Of a DNA stretch of 64,000 nt, positions 1 through 10,280 are shown piece after piece (within the stretch, counting starts at the first letter, position 1; every line of letters starts with the position of its first letter). Under the pieces are notes generated by a model that was not told where the DNA came from, searched no databases, and saw only the letters and a list, made by a program, of their open reading frames with translations. The DNA comes from Pelagomonas calceolata (taxonomy: Eukaryota). The stretch lies in contig CAKKNE010000001.1 in NCBI GenBank assembly GCA_918797485.1, positions 3,100,001 to 3,164,000 of the forward strand. Direction: 5' to 3'. The position numbers and the translations under genes were made by a program.

Positions 1-1608
1 TGCCGCCTTGGCTTCTGCAGCCTTCTTTTCATCGGCTTCGCGTTTGGCCCGGGCCTCGGCGTCTCGCTTCGCCTTGGCAGCCTTCGCCTGGGCCCGTTGC
101 TCATCTGCCGCGCGTTTTCGTTCTGCTGCGGCCTTCTCCTCGGCCTTGGCTAGCTCTTCCATCTCGCGCTTCGCTTTCGCGGCCTTCTCGTCGGCGCGTT
201 TCTTCTCGAGCCAGGTCAAGTCCGCTCGTTCCTTCTCTTTCTTAGCTTGAGCGGCTTTCGCAGCCTTCGCGCGCGCCTCGGCGAGCTTTTTCATCTCCGC
301 GACCTTGGCCTTAGTAGCCTTAGCAGTCTCCTCCTCGGCCTTGCGTCGCGCGGCTTCATTCTGGGCCTTCTCGGCGCGGCGCGCTTCCTCCTCCTTGCGC
401 GCGGCGGCCCTCGCCTTCCTCAGTTCCTCCTGCTTTCGAATTTCAAGTGCCTTGGCCTCCGCCTGCTTCGCAATTCTTTCGGCCTCGGCGGCGGCCTTCG
501 TGGCCTTCGTGGCGGTACTCTCGGCCGTCGCCGCGGATGCCTTCGCCTTGGCGCGGTTCTTGCGCAGCGACGACTGCCGCAGCGCCTCGCGAGCTTCTAG
601 AGCTTCCTGGGCCTCCGCGTCGTTGAGACGTTTCTGTTCCGCGATTCGCTCCAGTTCTGCATCATGAATCTTCTTCTGGCGGCGCGCCTCCGCTTCGTGG
701 ACCGCAACCCTCGCACGCTCGGCCTCCTCTCTTTTAGCGTCGGCGCGCCGCCGCTCCTCCGCCCGTCGCAGCGCCCGCTCCTGGCTCTCCTTGATCCGAT
801 CTTCTAGGCGCGGTTTACGCTGTACTTCCAAATTCGCCGGCTTCAGCGACAGCAGCTTCCCATTATCTAACTTGACCCCGATGCGCTCGCCGTCGCGCTT
901 CGGGATCACGACGCCCTCGCAGCCGTTGTGCTGCGCCGCCTTCTCCAACCCGACGATGCGCACGCGGTGGCCCGCGCGCACGGGCGACTCGTCGGACGCG
1001 TCGCTCACCGGCGACCGCGGCGAGGGCGGCCCGCGGCCCTCGTCCCAGGCCTTGGCCAGGGCCTTGACGGGCGTGGACGGCGACGCGATCGGTTCTGGGG
1101 GAGACGCCTTCGTGGTCGCGGGCGGCGGCGGCGGCGACGAGAAAGTTGTCGGAGGCGGCGGCGGCACCTCCGGCTCCGGTTCTGGGGGAGGCGGCGCCCG
1201 GGCCATTTCGCCGGACGACATGGTCACGACTCTATGACCCTGCGGCGTCGCCGTCTTGGTGGAGTTCGCGCGGCTCACTTGCGGGACCGGCTTGTGTCGC
1301 GCCGGCGCCGGCAGCCGCGCGCTCAGCGCGTCGAGCTCCGTGGTCAGCTTGGCGACGCGGACGGGCGTGGCCGCCTTCGGGGCCGTTCGGGCCTTCGGCG
1401 GCAGGGCGTCCCAGGACCGGCGCCGCGTCACCGGCGCTTGTGTTGGCGAGCCGTTCCCCACGAGCCAGCTCGTCGGCTTCGGCTGGCCCCTGACAAAGGT
1501 CGTGCACGGCTTCTCCGCGGCTTCGGGAACCACTTCCTCGAAGTGCCCCTTTATAAATTCGTCGTCGGTCTCCGCAAAATCATCATCCTTCGACGAGCTG
1601 CAGCCCAT
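1..1608 (-). CDS. Large coiled-coil protein with N-terminal MGCxxS acylation motif, Pro-rich linker and SH3/KOW-like segment (3' end runs off window)
   Basis: Manual minus-strand translation from ATG at 1608: MGCSSSKDDDFAE...PPPEPEPEVPPPPP...VRAGHRVRIVGLEKAAQHNGCEGVV...RIGVKLDNGKLLSLKPANLE, then E/K/R/A-rich heptads open to base 1. Missing from the ORF track because it has no stop in the window. Confidence 0.75.
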   Translation of the reverse strand, partial: MGCSSSKDDDFAETDDEFIKGHFEEVVPEAAEKPCTTFVRGQPKPTSWLVGNGSPTQAPVTRRRSWDALPPKARTAPKAATPVRVAKLTTELDALSARLPAPARHKPVPQVSRANSTKTATPQGHRVVTMSSGEMARAPPPPEPEPEVPPPPPTTFSSPPPPPATTKASPPEPIASPSTPVKALAKAWDEGRGPPSPRSPVSDASDESPVRAGHRVRIVGLEKAAQHNGCEGVVIPKRDGERIGVKLDNGKLLSLKPANLEVQRKPRLEDRIKESQERALRRAEERRRADAKREEAERARVAVHEAEARRQKKIHDAELERIAEQKRLNDAEAQEALEAREALRQSSLRKNRAKAKASAATAESTATKATKAAAEAERIAKQAEAKALEIRKQEELRKARAAARKEEEARRAEKAQNEAARRKAEEETAKATKAKVAEMKKLAEARAKAAKAAQAKKEKERADLTWLEKKRADEKAAKAKREMEELAKAEEKAAAERKRAADEQRAQAKAAKAKRDAEARAKREADEKKAAEAKAA

Positions 1609-2133
1609 CGCTGCCGGTGCTGCTTTGCGGGGCTGCCCCCTCTATGTGAGCTGTAGATGTATGTGGCGGCGGCGCGCGCGGTGCTCTTTCCGGCGCACCG
1701 TTGCAATTGCAAGCGCGCGCAGTCCTTCGTGTTGCGTGGGCGTCGCCGCGGGCTGCGTCGACGGCCACGCTTGTTTTCGGCCCGCCTTGCAAACAGATCG
1801 AATGCGAGAACGGCGGCGGGTTTTGTTGGTGAGGAGCGCGTCGAGGGGTCGGTGCGAGCGGTGCGGGGGCGCCGGCAGGAGGTCTGCATTTCGCCGCGCT
1901 AGAGCCGGTGTACGCTAGGGCATTAACTCCTCCCATCGCAGCCACCCGCGGGAGCAGCGGGTATAGCTGCATCTCGAATTGATAACGTTGCCGCATCGCT
2001 GCACCTTGCATTCAGTGAGAGCTTTGCGCGCGAAACCCGAGGTTTTCGGGCTTTTCCATAGCCCAAACCACAAAGCACAGGATTCCTTCCACGCGAGAAG
2101 GCAGCTATACGCTAGACGCCACAGCGCAAAACC

Positions 2134-3849
2134 ATGCTCGCCACGACAATGAGACGCGCCGCCCAGCAGGGCCGGCGCCTCATGAGCGACGGCCTCACCG
2201 CCGAGGGCAAGATCAAGTCGCTCCCGATGGTCTACATTAAGGGCGAGGAGATGACGCGCTACGCGGCCCAGCTCATGCTCGAGAACTGGCTCGAGCCCCA
2301 TATTGATACGAGTGCCTGGGAGTTCTTCGACCTGAGCTGCGCCGCGCGCGACGCGTCGAACGACCAGACCCTTAAGGACGCCGTGGCCGCCGGAGCCAAG
2401 ATCGGCGCCATCTTCAAGGAGCCGACCGTCACGCCGTCTGCCGAGCAGGTCAAGGAGTTCGGTCTCTCGAAACCATTGCCGTCGCCGAACGGCGCGATGA
2501 GAAGAGGCTGGAACGGCGTGACCATCAGCAGGGATACGATCCACATCGACGGCGTCGAGCTCGGTTTCAAGTCGCCCGTGCTCTTCGAGAGACATGCGGT
2601 GGGTGGTGAGTACGGTGCGGGCTGGAAAGAAGTAGGCAAAGGTAGATTGATCACTACTTATTTCCCTGATAAAGAGTCATTTGAAGATGGCGAAGATGCC
2701 ATTATTGTGGATGCTAGGATCCTAGACAACGAGCGCAACGTCGCCGTGGTCTACCACAACCCCTTGGATAACGTGGAAGCGCTCGCGCATCACTTTTTTT
2801 CTAGAACGCTCAAGGCCGGCGTCACCCCTTACGTAGTAACGAAGAAGACGGTCTTCAAGTGGCAGGAGCCCTTCTGGGCCATCCACAAGAAGGTCTTCGA
2901 CGAGAACTACAAGGCTAAGTTCCTGGAGAAGGGCCTGCTCGAGAACACGGGCGGCGAGCTGCAACATCTTATATCGGACGCAGCCACCATGCAGATCATC
3001 CGCTGGACGCGCGGCGGCTTCGGCATGTCGGCCCACAACTACGACGGGGACATGTTGACGGACGAGGTCGCCCAGGTCCACCGGTCGCCCGGTTTTATTA
3101 CGTCGAACTTGGTCGGCGTCGCGGCGGACGGCTCTCCCGTGAAATTCTGTGTCCTTTCGTGCATCGCGTCGCGTCGACGGCGTGGGGTCAGCGCGACGCC
3201 ATCGACGTGTCGCGCCGATGGCGTAGGGGTCGGCGCGACGCCATCGACGCGACCCTGCTGGAGCCTGCGCGATCTCACCTTTCACTTAATCACACAGATC
3301 AAGGAGTTCGAGGCCTCGCACGGCACGGTTTCTGATTTGTGGCACCAGCACCTGCGGGGCGAGCCGACGTCGTTCAATCCTTTAGGGATGGCCGAGGCCG
3401 TCATGGGGGCACTATCTCATGCCGCGGACCTCAGCAAGGACGAGGAGACAGCTAGAAAGACGCACGAGTACGTGACGTGCCTCCGCAGAGCCATGCACAA
3501 CACGTTCAAATATGGCCAGGGCACCTGGGACATGGCCGGGCCCTCCGGGTTAACTACCGAACAGTTCGTCGAGAAGGTCGGCAACCGCCTGTCGAAGTAC
3601 CTCGCGCAGGAAAGCGACGACGAGTTCGTCGACCCCAGCGCCTCGAAACCCTCCGTCCTGCTGCGCCGCGCGGCCAAGCAGGTCGACACGGACAAGGTCC
3701 AGGAGCTCTTCGCCGAGTTCGACACCGATAGCGACGGGTCCATTTCGGTGGAGGAGTTCACGGAGATGATGATCAAGCTCGGCCTCGCGCCGCCGAAGGA
3801 GCCGGGCAAGGAGTCGGCGTCGCGCGCCAAGATCGACGAGGGCGCCTAG
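2134..3849 (+). CDS. IDH: Isocitrate dehydrogenase (type II homodimeric family) with mitochondrial-type leader and C-terminal EF-hand; exons 2134-3138 and 3298-3849
   Basis: Motifs GEEMTR, KEPTVTP, SPNGAMRR, NYDGDM, EFEASHGTV, NPLGM, and EF-hand FAEFDTDSDGSISVEEF. Removing the in-frame 159-nt intron gives DGSP|IKEFEASHG. Confidence 0.93.
   Translation: MLATTMRRAAQQGRRLMSDGLTAEGKIKSLPMVYIKGEEMTRYAAQLMLENWLEPHIDTSAWEFFDLSCAARDASNDQTLKDAVAAGAKIGAIFKEPTVTPSAEQVKEFGLSKPLPSPNGAMRRGWNGVTISRDTIHIDGVELGFKSPVLFERHAVGGEYGAGWKEVGKGRLITTYFPDKESFEDGEDAIIVDARILDNERNVAVVYHNPLDNVEALAHHFFSRTLKAGVTPYVVTKKTVFKWQEPFWAIHKKVFDENYKAKFLEKGLLENTGGELQHLISDAATMQIIRWTRGGFGMSAHNYDGDMLTDEVAQVHRSPGFITSNLVGVAADGSPVKFCVLSCIASRRRRGVSATPSTCRADGVGVGATPSTRPCWSLRDLTFHLITQIKEFEASHGTVSDLWHQHLRGEPTSFNPLGMAEAVMGALSHAADLSKDEETARKTHEYVTCLRRAMHNTFKYGQGTWDMAGPSGLTTEQFVEKVGNRLSKYLAQESDDEFVDPSASKPSVLLRRAAKQVDTDKVQELFAEFDTDSDGSISVEEFTEMMIKLGLAPPKEPGKESASRAKIDEGA
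3139..3297 (+). other. Spliceosomal intron (159 nt, in frame, stop-free) in IDH carrying four alternating copies of the ACGCCATCGACG motif
   Basis: GTGAAA...TTAATCACACAG; its read-through peptide is low-complexity and interrupts the conserved IDH sequence. Confidence 0.88.
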
Positions 3850-3900
3850 GTCACATGGTGGGGGGATCGTCCATCGCCCTTGGTACATATAACTGTGTAT

Positions 3901-4335
3901 TTATCCTATTCCCTGGACCGCCGAACACAAGTCCGCGAGCTCGATATTTTTCGACGCACAAATGAAGCCGCGCGAGATCGCGAGGAACTCGTCGAAGAAT
4001 AGTAGGGGAATGAACACGCAGAGCCCCGCGATCGTCCGCGGGTCCGACCAGCGCACTCTTATGATCCGCTCGTCGGTCTCCGCGGCGGCTTTGAGCGCGG
4101 CCAGGCGGTTTTGCGCCGTGGTCGCGCCCATCGGCGCTTGCGCGCTTGTTGTCCAATTATATTTGTTGTCGTACGACGTTGGTCGTGTGTCCGGCTCGGG
4201 CGCGGCTGCCGGCTGCAGTTCAGCTGCCGGCTCGCGCTCGGCGTTCGGCTCCGGCGCGGCTCGCATCACACCAGATGATCGTGGCATAAGCGTAGCCGAT
4301 CTCTCGAAAAGTAAGAGGACAAATGCGCCGCGCAT
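3901..4335 (-). CDS. Small hypothetical protein with signal peptide and one C-terminal TM segment (possibly plastid-targeted)
   Basis: ATG ORF of 144 aa with hydrophobic N-terminus and IAGLCVFIPLLFF helix; convergent with IDH. Confidence 0.65.
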   Translation of the reverse strand: MRGAFVLLLFERSATLMPRSSGVMRAAPEPNAEREPAAELQPAAAPEPDTRPTSYDNKYNWTTSAQAPMGATTAQNRLAALKAAAETDERIIRVRWSDPRTIAGLCVFIPLLFFDEFLAISRGFICASKNIELADLCSAVQGIG

Positions 4336-4514
4336 GGCTCACTTGTCGTCGACGGCGTGGCTGCAGCGTGCAGCCCCTGGCCTCTGAAAGTTGCGCACAG
4401 ATCAAGCAACGGATGGCAGTGATCTCGGCGTCAGTTTTTAGCACTATTCAGTTCACTATTGGAGAAATAGCCGCGCCAGCGCTTGAGCACGCGCAGCGCT
4501 GCCGGCATGCTTTT

Positions 4515-4538
4515 GCTAGTGTCTTACATGCCGCTAGC
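4515..4538. promoter_or_regulatory. Recurrent intergenic motif (representative copy; consensus GCTAGCGGCNTGTAAGACACTAG or its reverse complement)
   Basis: Further copies at 9860, 20415, 26064, 41100, 42679, 53838, 55315 and 61223, all intergenic and upstream of a gene start. Confidence 0.7.
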
Positions 4539-4598
4539 TAATCTGCGGCTGCGGCTGCGGCTTGGCTAAGATCTAGAGGCTGCCCATCTACTGCAGCC

Positions 4599-6041
4599 AT
4601 GTCGGAGGCCGCCAGCACGCCAGGGGCAGCCACAAAGGACGCCACCACGCAGGCCCCACAGGACAGGGAAGAGTCAGAATCCGACGATGACTGGCTCCCC
4701 GGCCCCGGGAGCATACACGATCACCCCTTCGCTGTCGTCGACCCGTTTCCGTTCCTAAAGTTGGCCGCGGACGAGCGCCGCGTCGTGCTATCGTTCTTAT
4801 TAGGCGCGAGGAGCTATCCCCTCGGGGCGCCTGGTGCTCCCGAGCGCGTGCGCTTCTCCGCCGTGGAAGCGCTCCGTACACTGACGTTTCACGCGCGGAG
4901 CATCAAAGCTGTCTGCAGGGACGTCGCGGCCGACGTGCGCGTGCTCGAAGGCGCGCCTCGACAGGCCCACCGGTCGGTCGCGACGCCACTAGCCTGGCTG
5001 AAGGGTTTATGGGATGCAGAAATCATCCCAGGGATGGAGTACACCGCGAGCAGTTATGTGCTCGAAGGCTGCCGCGAGCGAGCAGCGGTCGCGCGTCGCG
5101 GCAATCTCGCGTTGGCTATGTACCAGCGCCTCGGGCAGCATCGCCGGCCCCGTATCATCTCCATTAAAACGCCGGGCCATTGGCGCAAGCGAAGGACTGA
5201 CGCCGTCAAACATTTTTTTGAGTATCAGCGCTCGCCCCTTGGCGAGAGAGAGCACAAACAGCTCTCCTGGGCCCACACGCGAACGAGCACCTCGGGGGAG
5301 ATGCACGCGCCCGTCGATGCGACGCTCCTCAAGTCGCTGTGTGCGACTGCTTTCGATAGCTTCCTCGAGGGTCTCCGCAGCGCTGTGCTCAGCGGCACGA
5401 TGTGGACTCTACATGTCGAAGGCGTCCAGGTTATGTATCGGGGCGGCTTCGTCGACGACGACGACGAAGAATGGGCTGACGGAGAATGGCTGCGCGGCGA
5501 CGACGACGATTTCGACGCGCTGGACGCGGGTCTCGCGGCATTTTTTGGAGCTGATGCCATGCGAAGGCCGCCGTGGGTGCAGACCTGGTGCAATAAATAT
5601 GGTCGGCCATCCGTTACACGGATTCGCGACATTGTCGACCTTATCGGACGACGCCCTAGTAGTTTCAACCTCACAGACAGAAGCTCTAAGGCTCCGGCGG
5701 CGGTGATTAACGTCTCGTTTCCTGACGACATTCAAGCGGTGGAGCAACCTAACACTCACAATCCGACGGGTCCGCCCGCATTTATGCAACTTGGACCAGA
5801 GATCAAGGCCCACTGCCGCGCTGGCAGTCATTCTTGGCGGGACGTGGCGTTCAAGATCCAAACTGGAAATTTCTGGGACCCGGGAGTGCCCAAAGGATCA
5901 TATTATACTCACCAGGGCGTTGTAGAAAGGGGCATGGGAGAAGACCCCCCCTTGGGGCCGGACCGCGCGTCTCTCTTTGTTCCCATCGTCGAGGGCGTCT
6001 TCGACGCGATGTGTACCTGCAGGATCGTCGGCCTAAGTTAG
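4599..6041 (+). CDS. Hypothetical protein with N-terminal F-box-like motif
   Basis: 480-aa ATG ORF; FPFLKLAADERRVVLSFL resembles the F-box start consensus (F..LP.E....I..FL). Confidence 0.7.
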   Translation: MSEAASTPGAATKDATTQAPQDREESESDDDWLPGPGSIHDHPFAVVDPFPFLKLAADERRVVLSFLLGARSYPLGAPGAPERVRFSAVEALRTLTFHARSIKAVCRDVAADVRVLEGAPRQAHRSVATPLAWLKGLWDAEIIPGMEYTASSYVLEGCRERAAVARRGNLALAMYQRLGQHRRPRIISIKTPGHWRKRRTDAVKHFFEYQRSPLGEREHKQLSWAHTRTSTSGEMHAPVDATLLKSLCATAFDSFLEGLRSAVLSGTMWTLHVEGVQVMYRGGFVDDDDEEWADGEWLRGDDDDFDALDAGLAAFFGADAMRRPPWVQTWCNKYGRPSVTRIRDIVDLIGRRPSSFNLTDRSSKAPAAVINVSFPDDIQAVEQPNTHNPTGPPAFMQLGPEIKAHCRAGSHSWRDVAFKIQTGNFWDPGVPKGSYYTHQGVVERGMGEDPPLGPDRASLFVPIVEGVFDAMCTCRIVGLS

Positions 6042-6056
6042 TCACATATACTTACA

Positions 6057-7991
6057 CTAAACGTCCGTGGCACAACACTTCCCCGGGTGCGCCACCCCGC
6101 CCAAAGCCGCGAGCGCCCGCTCGACGCCCAAAACCCAGGCCGGCGCCGGCGCGGCCACGTAGACGTTGAAGCACACGGCCGCGGCGCCGGGGAGCATGGC
6201 CGACGGCGGCAGGAACTTGACCTCGACGACGCCGGCGCCCGCGACGCTTTTTATAGCAGTAACGGCAGCATCGGCGGCCGCGTCGGGGACCGCGTACTGC
6301 GCCGTGTAGCAGTCCTCGCCGGCGACGGGCGGGCCTAATAACCGCGTCACCTCGGGCGCGTAGGGGCTCCAGTTGCGCCCGTCATAAATTTCGCCATCAG
6401 CATCCGCATCGAGCGCCATCGCCGCCACGCGGCCCGTCGCTGCGTCCCACCAGACCCAGGCGTGGTCGTGCTCTCGTATCGTACGGAGCCAGGCCGCATC
6501 TAAACTGTCGGTAGTAGAGACGGACCGCTTCACTCGAAAAAGAGGCACGCACCGCAGCGACACGACCGTAAACACTCCTTTCACAGCAGTGATGTCGAAG
6601 GACTCACCGTCGTACCAGACATCTTCAGTAGAAGTAGCGACGCGGCACGCTACAACAAAATCCGCCACCGTACCATACTTGACAGAGGACCCGTGGCTCT
6701 TTGTTGCGACCGCGGCGCCCACCGTCGAGTCTAGATAGTAGGGCCACGACGCGAGCGTCAACTTGCGCGCCATTAGTGCCTGGCGCAGCCGTCGCAGCGT
6801 ACAGCCCGCCTCCACCTGCACAATATTACCCTCGACCTTCAAGACTCGAGCCATGAGCCGCGTCTCGAGGAACTCCCCTGTCCTCTGGCGCAGGTTCGCG
6901 CCGCCCCCCACGACAATTAATGAAGGATGGGCCTTCAGAGATAGAACACAGCCTTCTGGACTTCGTGGTACCGTACCTATCACAACAGGCATTTCGTAGA
7001 ACGATCCCGGATGGATGTCGCCCATCCCGAGCGCCGCGAAACACACGGCGCAGTCCCGCATGCCCTCCTCCCAGGACGTGCAGGGGTCCGCCCGCGCGTC
7101 GCCCTCGCAACTCTTCAGGGCCTCCATTAGTGTAGAGCGCGCGCCGCCGGCCACCCAGCCGTCTCCGTCCACTTTTTCGCCATTTACCTTATGAGCGTCC
7201 CACGTGATATCCCCACACTTGAACACCGATTCCTCTCCACCATCACCATCAAACAACTCCAGCACGACGAAACCGCCCGCGTTTTCATGTTTCAGGGAGC
7301 ACTCGACCTCCCTCACTTTATCAAACTCGTACGATCTTAGAGAAGCGCTCGTCACCGTACAGTCGCCGAACCAGCACCGCAGCGCCCGCACCAGATGCAC
7401 GAGCACATCCAACAACTCCGCGGCCTTGTCCTCCCGCCGCCAGTCGCCCTTGGCCGCTCGTCGCCTCTTGCAGCGCCACTCGTACTTCTCGGAACCATGC
7501 CCCGCATCCAATAACTCGCCGACTTTCAAAACACCAGGTTTCAAAGCCCAGTTCTCGAGGACGCGCCACCTCTGGTCGTCGCGCGGCCGGTCGTTCCACG
7601 CCTCCCTGAGATCTTCCGCTTCCTGCGGCGACCAGGCCGCGGGCTTCTCGCTTATCAAATCTTTGCCGTGTTGTATGGATGTCAGACACGCCCGGCCCGC
7701 GACGGCGGCCGGCAAGGCGACGAGCGCGCACGACGCGGCATTTATGGCGAACGCGACGTCGGCGAACTCCTTGGCGCTCGTGCCGAGCTTGGCGAGAGCT
7801 TTCTGTCGCGACGCCTCCGTGCGAGCACACACGGCCGCGATTGTCGTCTTCGCCTTGCTTAACGTAACGCAGTGCGTGCGCAGCGCGTACCAGCCGCAGC
7901 CGATGAGCGCGACCGAGAGCTCGGTTTCATCATTGGAAATGTGCACGCCTATGGGTGGCACCGTGTGCACGGTCTGGTCGTCGCTGTCCAT
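6057..7991 (-). CDS. Fusion of a Gfo/Idh/MocA NAD(P) oxidoreductase and an FAD-binding aldonolactone oxidase (GULO/ALO-like) domain
   Basis: N-half: VALIGCGW, GKDLISEKP, LLDVLVHLV. C-half: VQVEAGCTLRRLRQAL, STVGAAVATKSHGS, GVFTVVSLRCVPLF, GGVAHPGK. First ATG at 7991 (MDSDDQ). Confidence 0.85.
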   Translation of the reverse strand: MDSDDQTVHTVPPIGVHISNDETELSVALIGCGWYALRTHCVTLSKAKTTIAAVCARTEASRQKALAKLGTSAKEFADVAFAINAASCALVALPAAVAGRACLTSIQHGKDLISEKPAAWSPQEAEDLREAWNDRPRDDQRWRVLENWALKPGVLKVGELLDAGHGSEKYEWRCKRRRAAKGDWRREDKAAELLDVLVHLVRALRCWFGDCTVTSASLRSYEFDKVREVECSLKHENAGGFVVLELFDGDGGEESVFKCGDITWDAHKVNGEKVDGDGWVAGGARSTLMEALKSCEGDARADPCTSWEEGMRDCAVCFAALGMGDIHPGSFYEMPVVIGTVPRSPEGCVLSLKAHPSLIVVGGGANLRQRTGEFLETRLMARVLKVEGNIVQVEAGCTLRRLRQALMARKLTLASWPYYLDSTVGAAVATKSHGSSVKYGTVADFVVACRVATSTEDVWYDGESFDITAVKGVFTVVSLRCVPLFRVKRSVSTTDSLDAAWLRTIREHDHAWVWWDAATGRVAAMALDADADGEIYDGRNWSPYAPEVTRLLGPPVAGEDCYTAQYAVPDAAADAAVTAIKSVAGAGVVEVKFLPPSAMLPGAAAVCFNVYVAAPAPAWVLGVERALAALGGVAHPGKCCATDV

Positions 7992-8309
7992 TGGCTGCTG
8001 CAGAGAGATGCTTGCTTCGGATCGACCGGCGCAGCGACGTCGCAGTGTGTTATTAAGTTGGTGCGCTGCAGCTGTGCGTTTCTTGTGTGTAGTGGTTCGC
8101 GCCACGGCTCACACCAGCTCGCAGAGCAGCCTCACAGGAGCTGTGCAGCCTCGAAGCCTGACGCGTGCGTGGTCGCATCGCTCGAGCGGACTTGTGCTTG
8201 CATTCGTGCGTCGAGTGCTATAGCGTTGTGTCAGATCGCGCAATAGCGCGCGATTGCGCACCACTGCCAAGCAAGCACTGCAAAGCTGGTGCTGCGCAAC
8301 GCTTGAGCG

Positions 8310-9344
8310 ATGTTCGCCGTCGTCGCCGCGCGGCCGCCCCTGCGCGCGGTTGTAGGCAAGGCACAAGTCGTGGTCGAGGCGACGCCGACGCTCCTCCGCT
8401 GCGCCGCCGGCGTCGACGTCCGCGTGACGTCCACCTGGCAGGAGCGCGATGTGATAACGGCGGTCGACCAATCCGTATGCATAAACTCGCGGCAGCGCAC
8501 CGCACTGACTATCGATACATCAACGTGTGCTACCGTCCGCGGCAAGGTCGAGGGCGACTTGATTGATATCAGAGGAGCGATGATTGAAGTGGAGAGCGTG
8601 AGGGGCGAGACCGTCCGTCTACTGAGTGAGGGCGGCGTGGCGTCGACGAAGCTCGTGGAGGGCCTGGAGGTGGACGTAAGCGGCACTTCCATAACTCTAG
8701 CGAAGCTCCAGGCGTCGCACGCGAATATAAGGGGAGACGACGTGTCCATCGTGGCCGCCTACTGCCGAAAATTAGATGTGGACGCGACCGGCGCGTCGGC
8801 GGTCGACGCTATACAAATAGACGCCGCGCACGGCCACGTCGCCGCAACGGCTTCAAATGGCGGCGTCTCGCTGCAGCGGTGCTCGGGGAGCTGTGCCATT
8901 GAAGCCGCCGGGACCATCTCCCTAGCCTTCGACGCGATGAACGGCGACGCCGTGGCCTCTTCTGACCGAGGCGACGTCGACGTGAGCGTCGCTCCAAGTA
9001 TAGAATGTGACGTTGAGCTCGAGGGTCGACATGTCGACTGTGCGGGCGCGCCGATGTTAAGGAGGGAGGTGGACGAGGCGGGACGAGTACAGGGCGCCTT
9101 GGAGGCAAAAAGGGAGCCGTCGCGCGCGGGCGCCGGCAAGGTCAACGTCGACGGCGCTTCACAACAAAAGTGGGACTCGTCCTTCATTTCCGATGAAGGC
9201 GGGCGCCCGCGCATCGTCGCGCGCGCGCCGAAGGGGCGGGTCGCGCTCCGCGCGTTGTCGTGGATCGACGCGATCCGGCGCAAGGTCGGGCTGCCCGAGG
9301 GCTTCGAGAAGGTCCGGCGGTCTTCTTCTTCTTCTTCTTCGTAG
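8310..9344 (+). CDS. DUF4097/FAM185A-like beta-repeat protein
   Basis: 344-aa ATG ORF with repeated strand-turn units (SNGGVSL, AAGTISL, DRGDVDV, PKGRVAL) ending in LSW as in FAM185A-like proteins. Confidence 0.65.
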   Translation: MFAVVAARPPLRAVVGKAQVVVEATPTLLRCAAGVDVRVTSTWQERDVITAVDQSVCINSRQRTALTIDTSTCATVRGKVEGDLIDIRGAMIEVESVRGETVRLLSEGGVASTKLVEGLEVDVSGTSITLAKLQASHANIRGDDVSIVAAYCRKLDVDATGASAVDAIQIDAAHGHVAATASNGGVSLQRCSGSCAIEAAGTISLAFDAMNGDAVASSDRGDVDVSVAPSIECDVELEGRHVDCAGAPMLRREVDEAGRVQGALEAKREPSRAGAGKVNVDGASQQKWDSSFISDEGGRPRIVARAPKGRVALRALSWIDAIRRKVGLPEGFEKVRRSSSSSSS

Positions 9345-9461
9345 TGTGTAGTATAACATGGCCGCGCGAAGCCGCCTCCCTCTTCATCGTGTGATGTGGT
9401 CTTAAATTAAATTAGAAGTATATTGAACTTAGTACAACGCAAGTACCCTACCCGAAGAGAC

Positions 9462-9821
9462 TCACGCGACCCGGCCACCAGCCGGGAAGTAGTGCTCCAT
9501 GTATTTGTTGACGACGAACTTGAGGATCTCACCGGCCGGCTGGTCCTTCTCGTACTTGAAGAATAGCTCCTCGTCCGAGTCGTCGTCGTCGTCCTTCTCG
9601 ATCGCCTTCGCCGTGCCGATCCTCATGTCGAGGCGAGCCTTCGTGACGTTCCCAATATCTTTTGTGATACGGCCCGCCTTAATGTCGGGCTTAGGACCAA
9701 AGAGGCGAGGAGGACTCTGGACATAGAGTTTTTGGATGCCGGGGTATCCGTTCGCGTGAGCTTGTGCGCAAGCGCTTCTTGAAGCCGTGAAACTACGGCG
9801 CGGAAGTTTGTAGCTCGGCAC
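9462..9821 (-). CDS. Hypothetical protein or gene fragment (5' end unclear)
   Basis: 3' half has host-like GC3-rich codons and an acidic run (DDDDDSDEELFFKYEKD); no clear upstream ATG. Confidence 0.35.
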   Translation of the reverse strand: MPSYKLPRRSFTASRSACAQAHANGYPGIQKLYVQSPPRLFGPKPDIKAGRITKDIGNVTKARLDMRIGTAKAIEKDDDDDSDEELFFKYEKDQPAGEILKFVVNKYMEHYFPAGGRVA

Positions 9822-10280
9822 TCGTAAGTGTCGGCAAACAAATGCACTAATTTTTGGCAGCTAGCGGCATAGTAAAGACACTAGGTATGTTGTCGACGCC
9901 TCTCCGTCGACCGTCTGAGCGATCCAAAGGCCGCCGATAGACGTCCGGAGATACGTCGGTGCGGGTTGATTCGGTATCACTAACATAAAGTCTGAGTGGT
10001 GCCCGCGGCCGACGACGTCGCGTCAGAGTAACCGTACGGACTACCTCAGTCGAACGCGGGCCCGCCACGTGTCGAAATAGAGAATACCACGTGGAAACAC
10101 GTCGTCGACGCCGCTGGCCCCATAGTAGAACCAGAGGAAGGCCCTGGGCCGGCCCTGGCCCCTCAACGTGGAACCGCTCCTCTGGAGCGGCAAGGACCCC
10201 CTGGAGACCTGCAACGAGTGGGAGTGCTACTACGGGACGAGCGGCGGCTGGGCGCGTAGGAATTAACAGACAATTTGTTG

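Noticed and set aside
8..1918. Many + strand ORFs in the track
   Set aside because: They are antisense shadows of the minus-strand coiled-coil gene; the high GC content suppresses stop codons.
3139..3297. 53-aa insertion in IDH as an intein or novel domain
   Set aside because: It has GT-AG ends, the intron motif and no intein signatures, so it is an in-frame intron.
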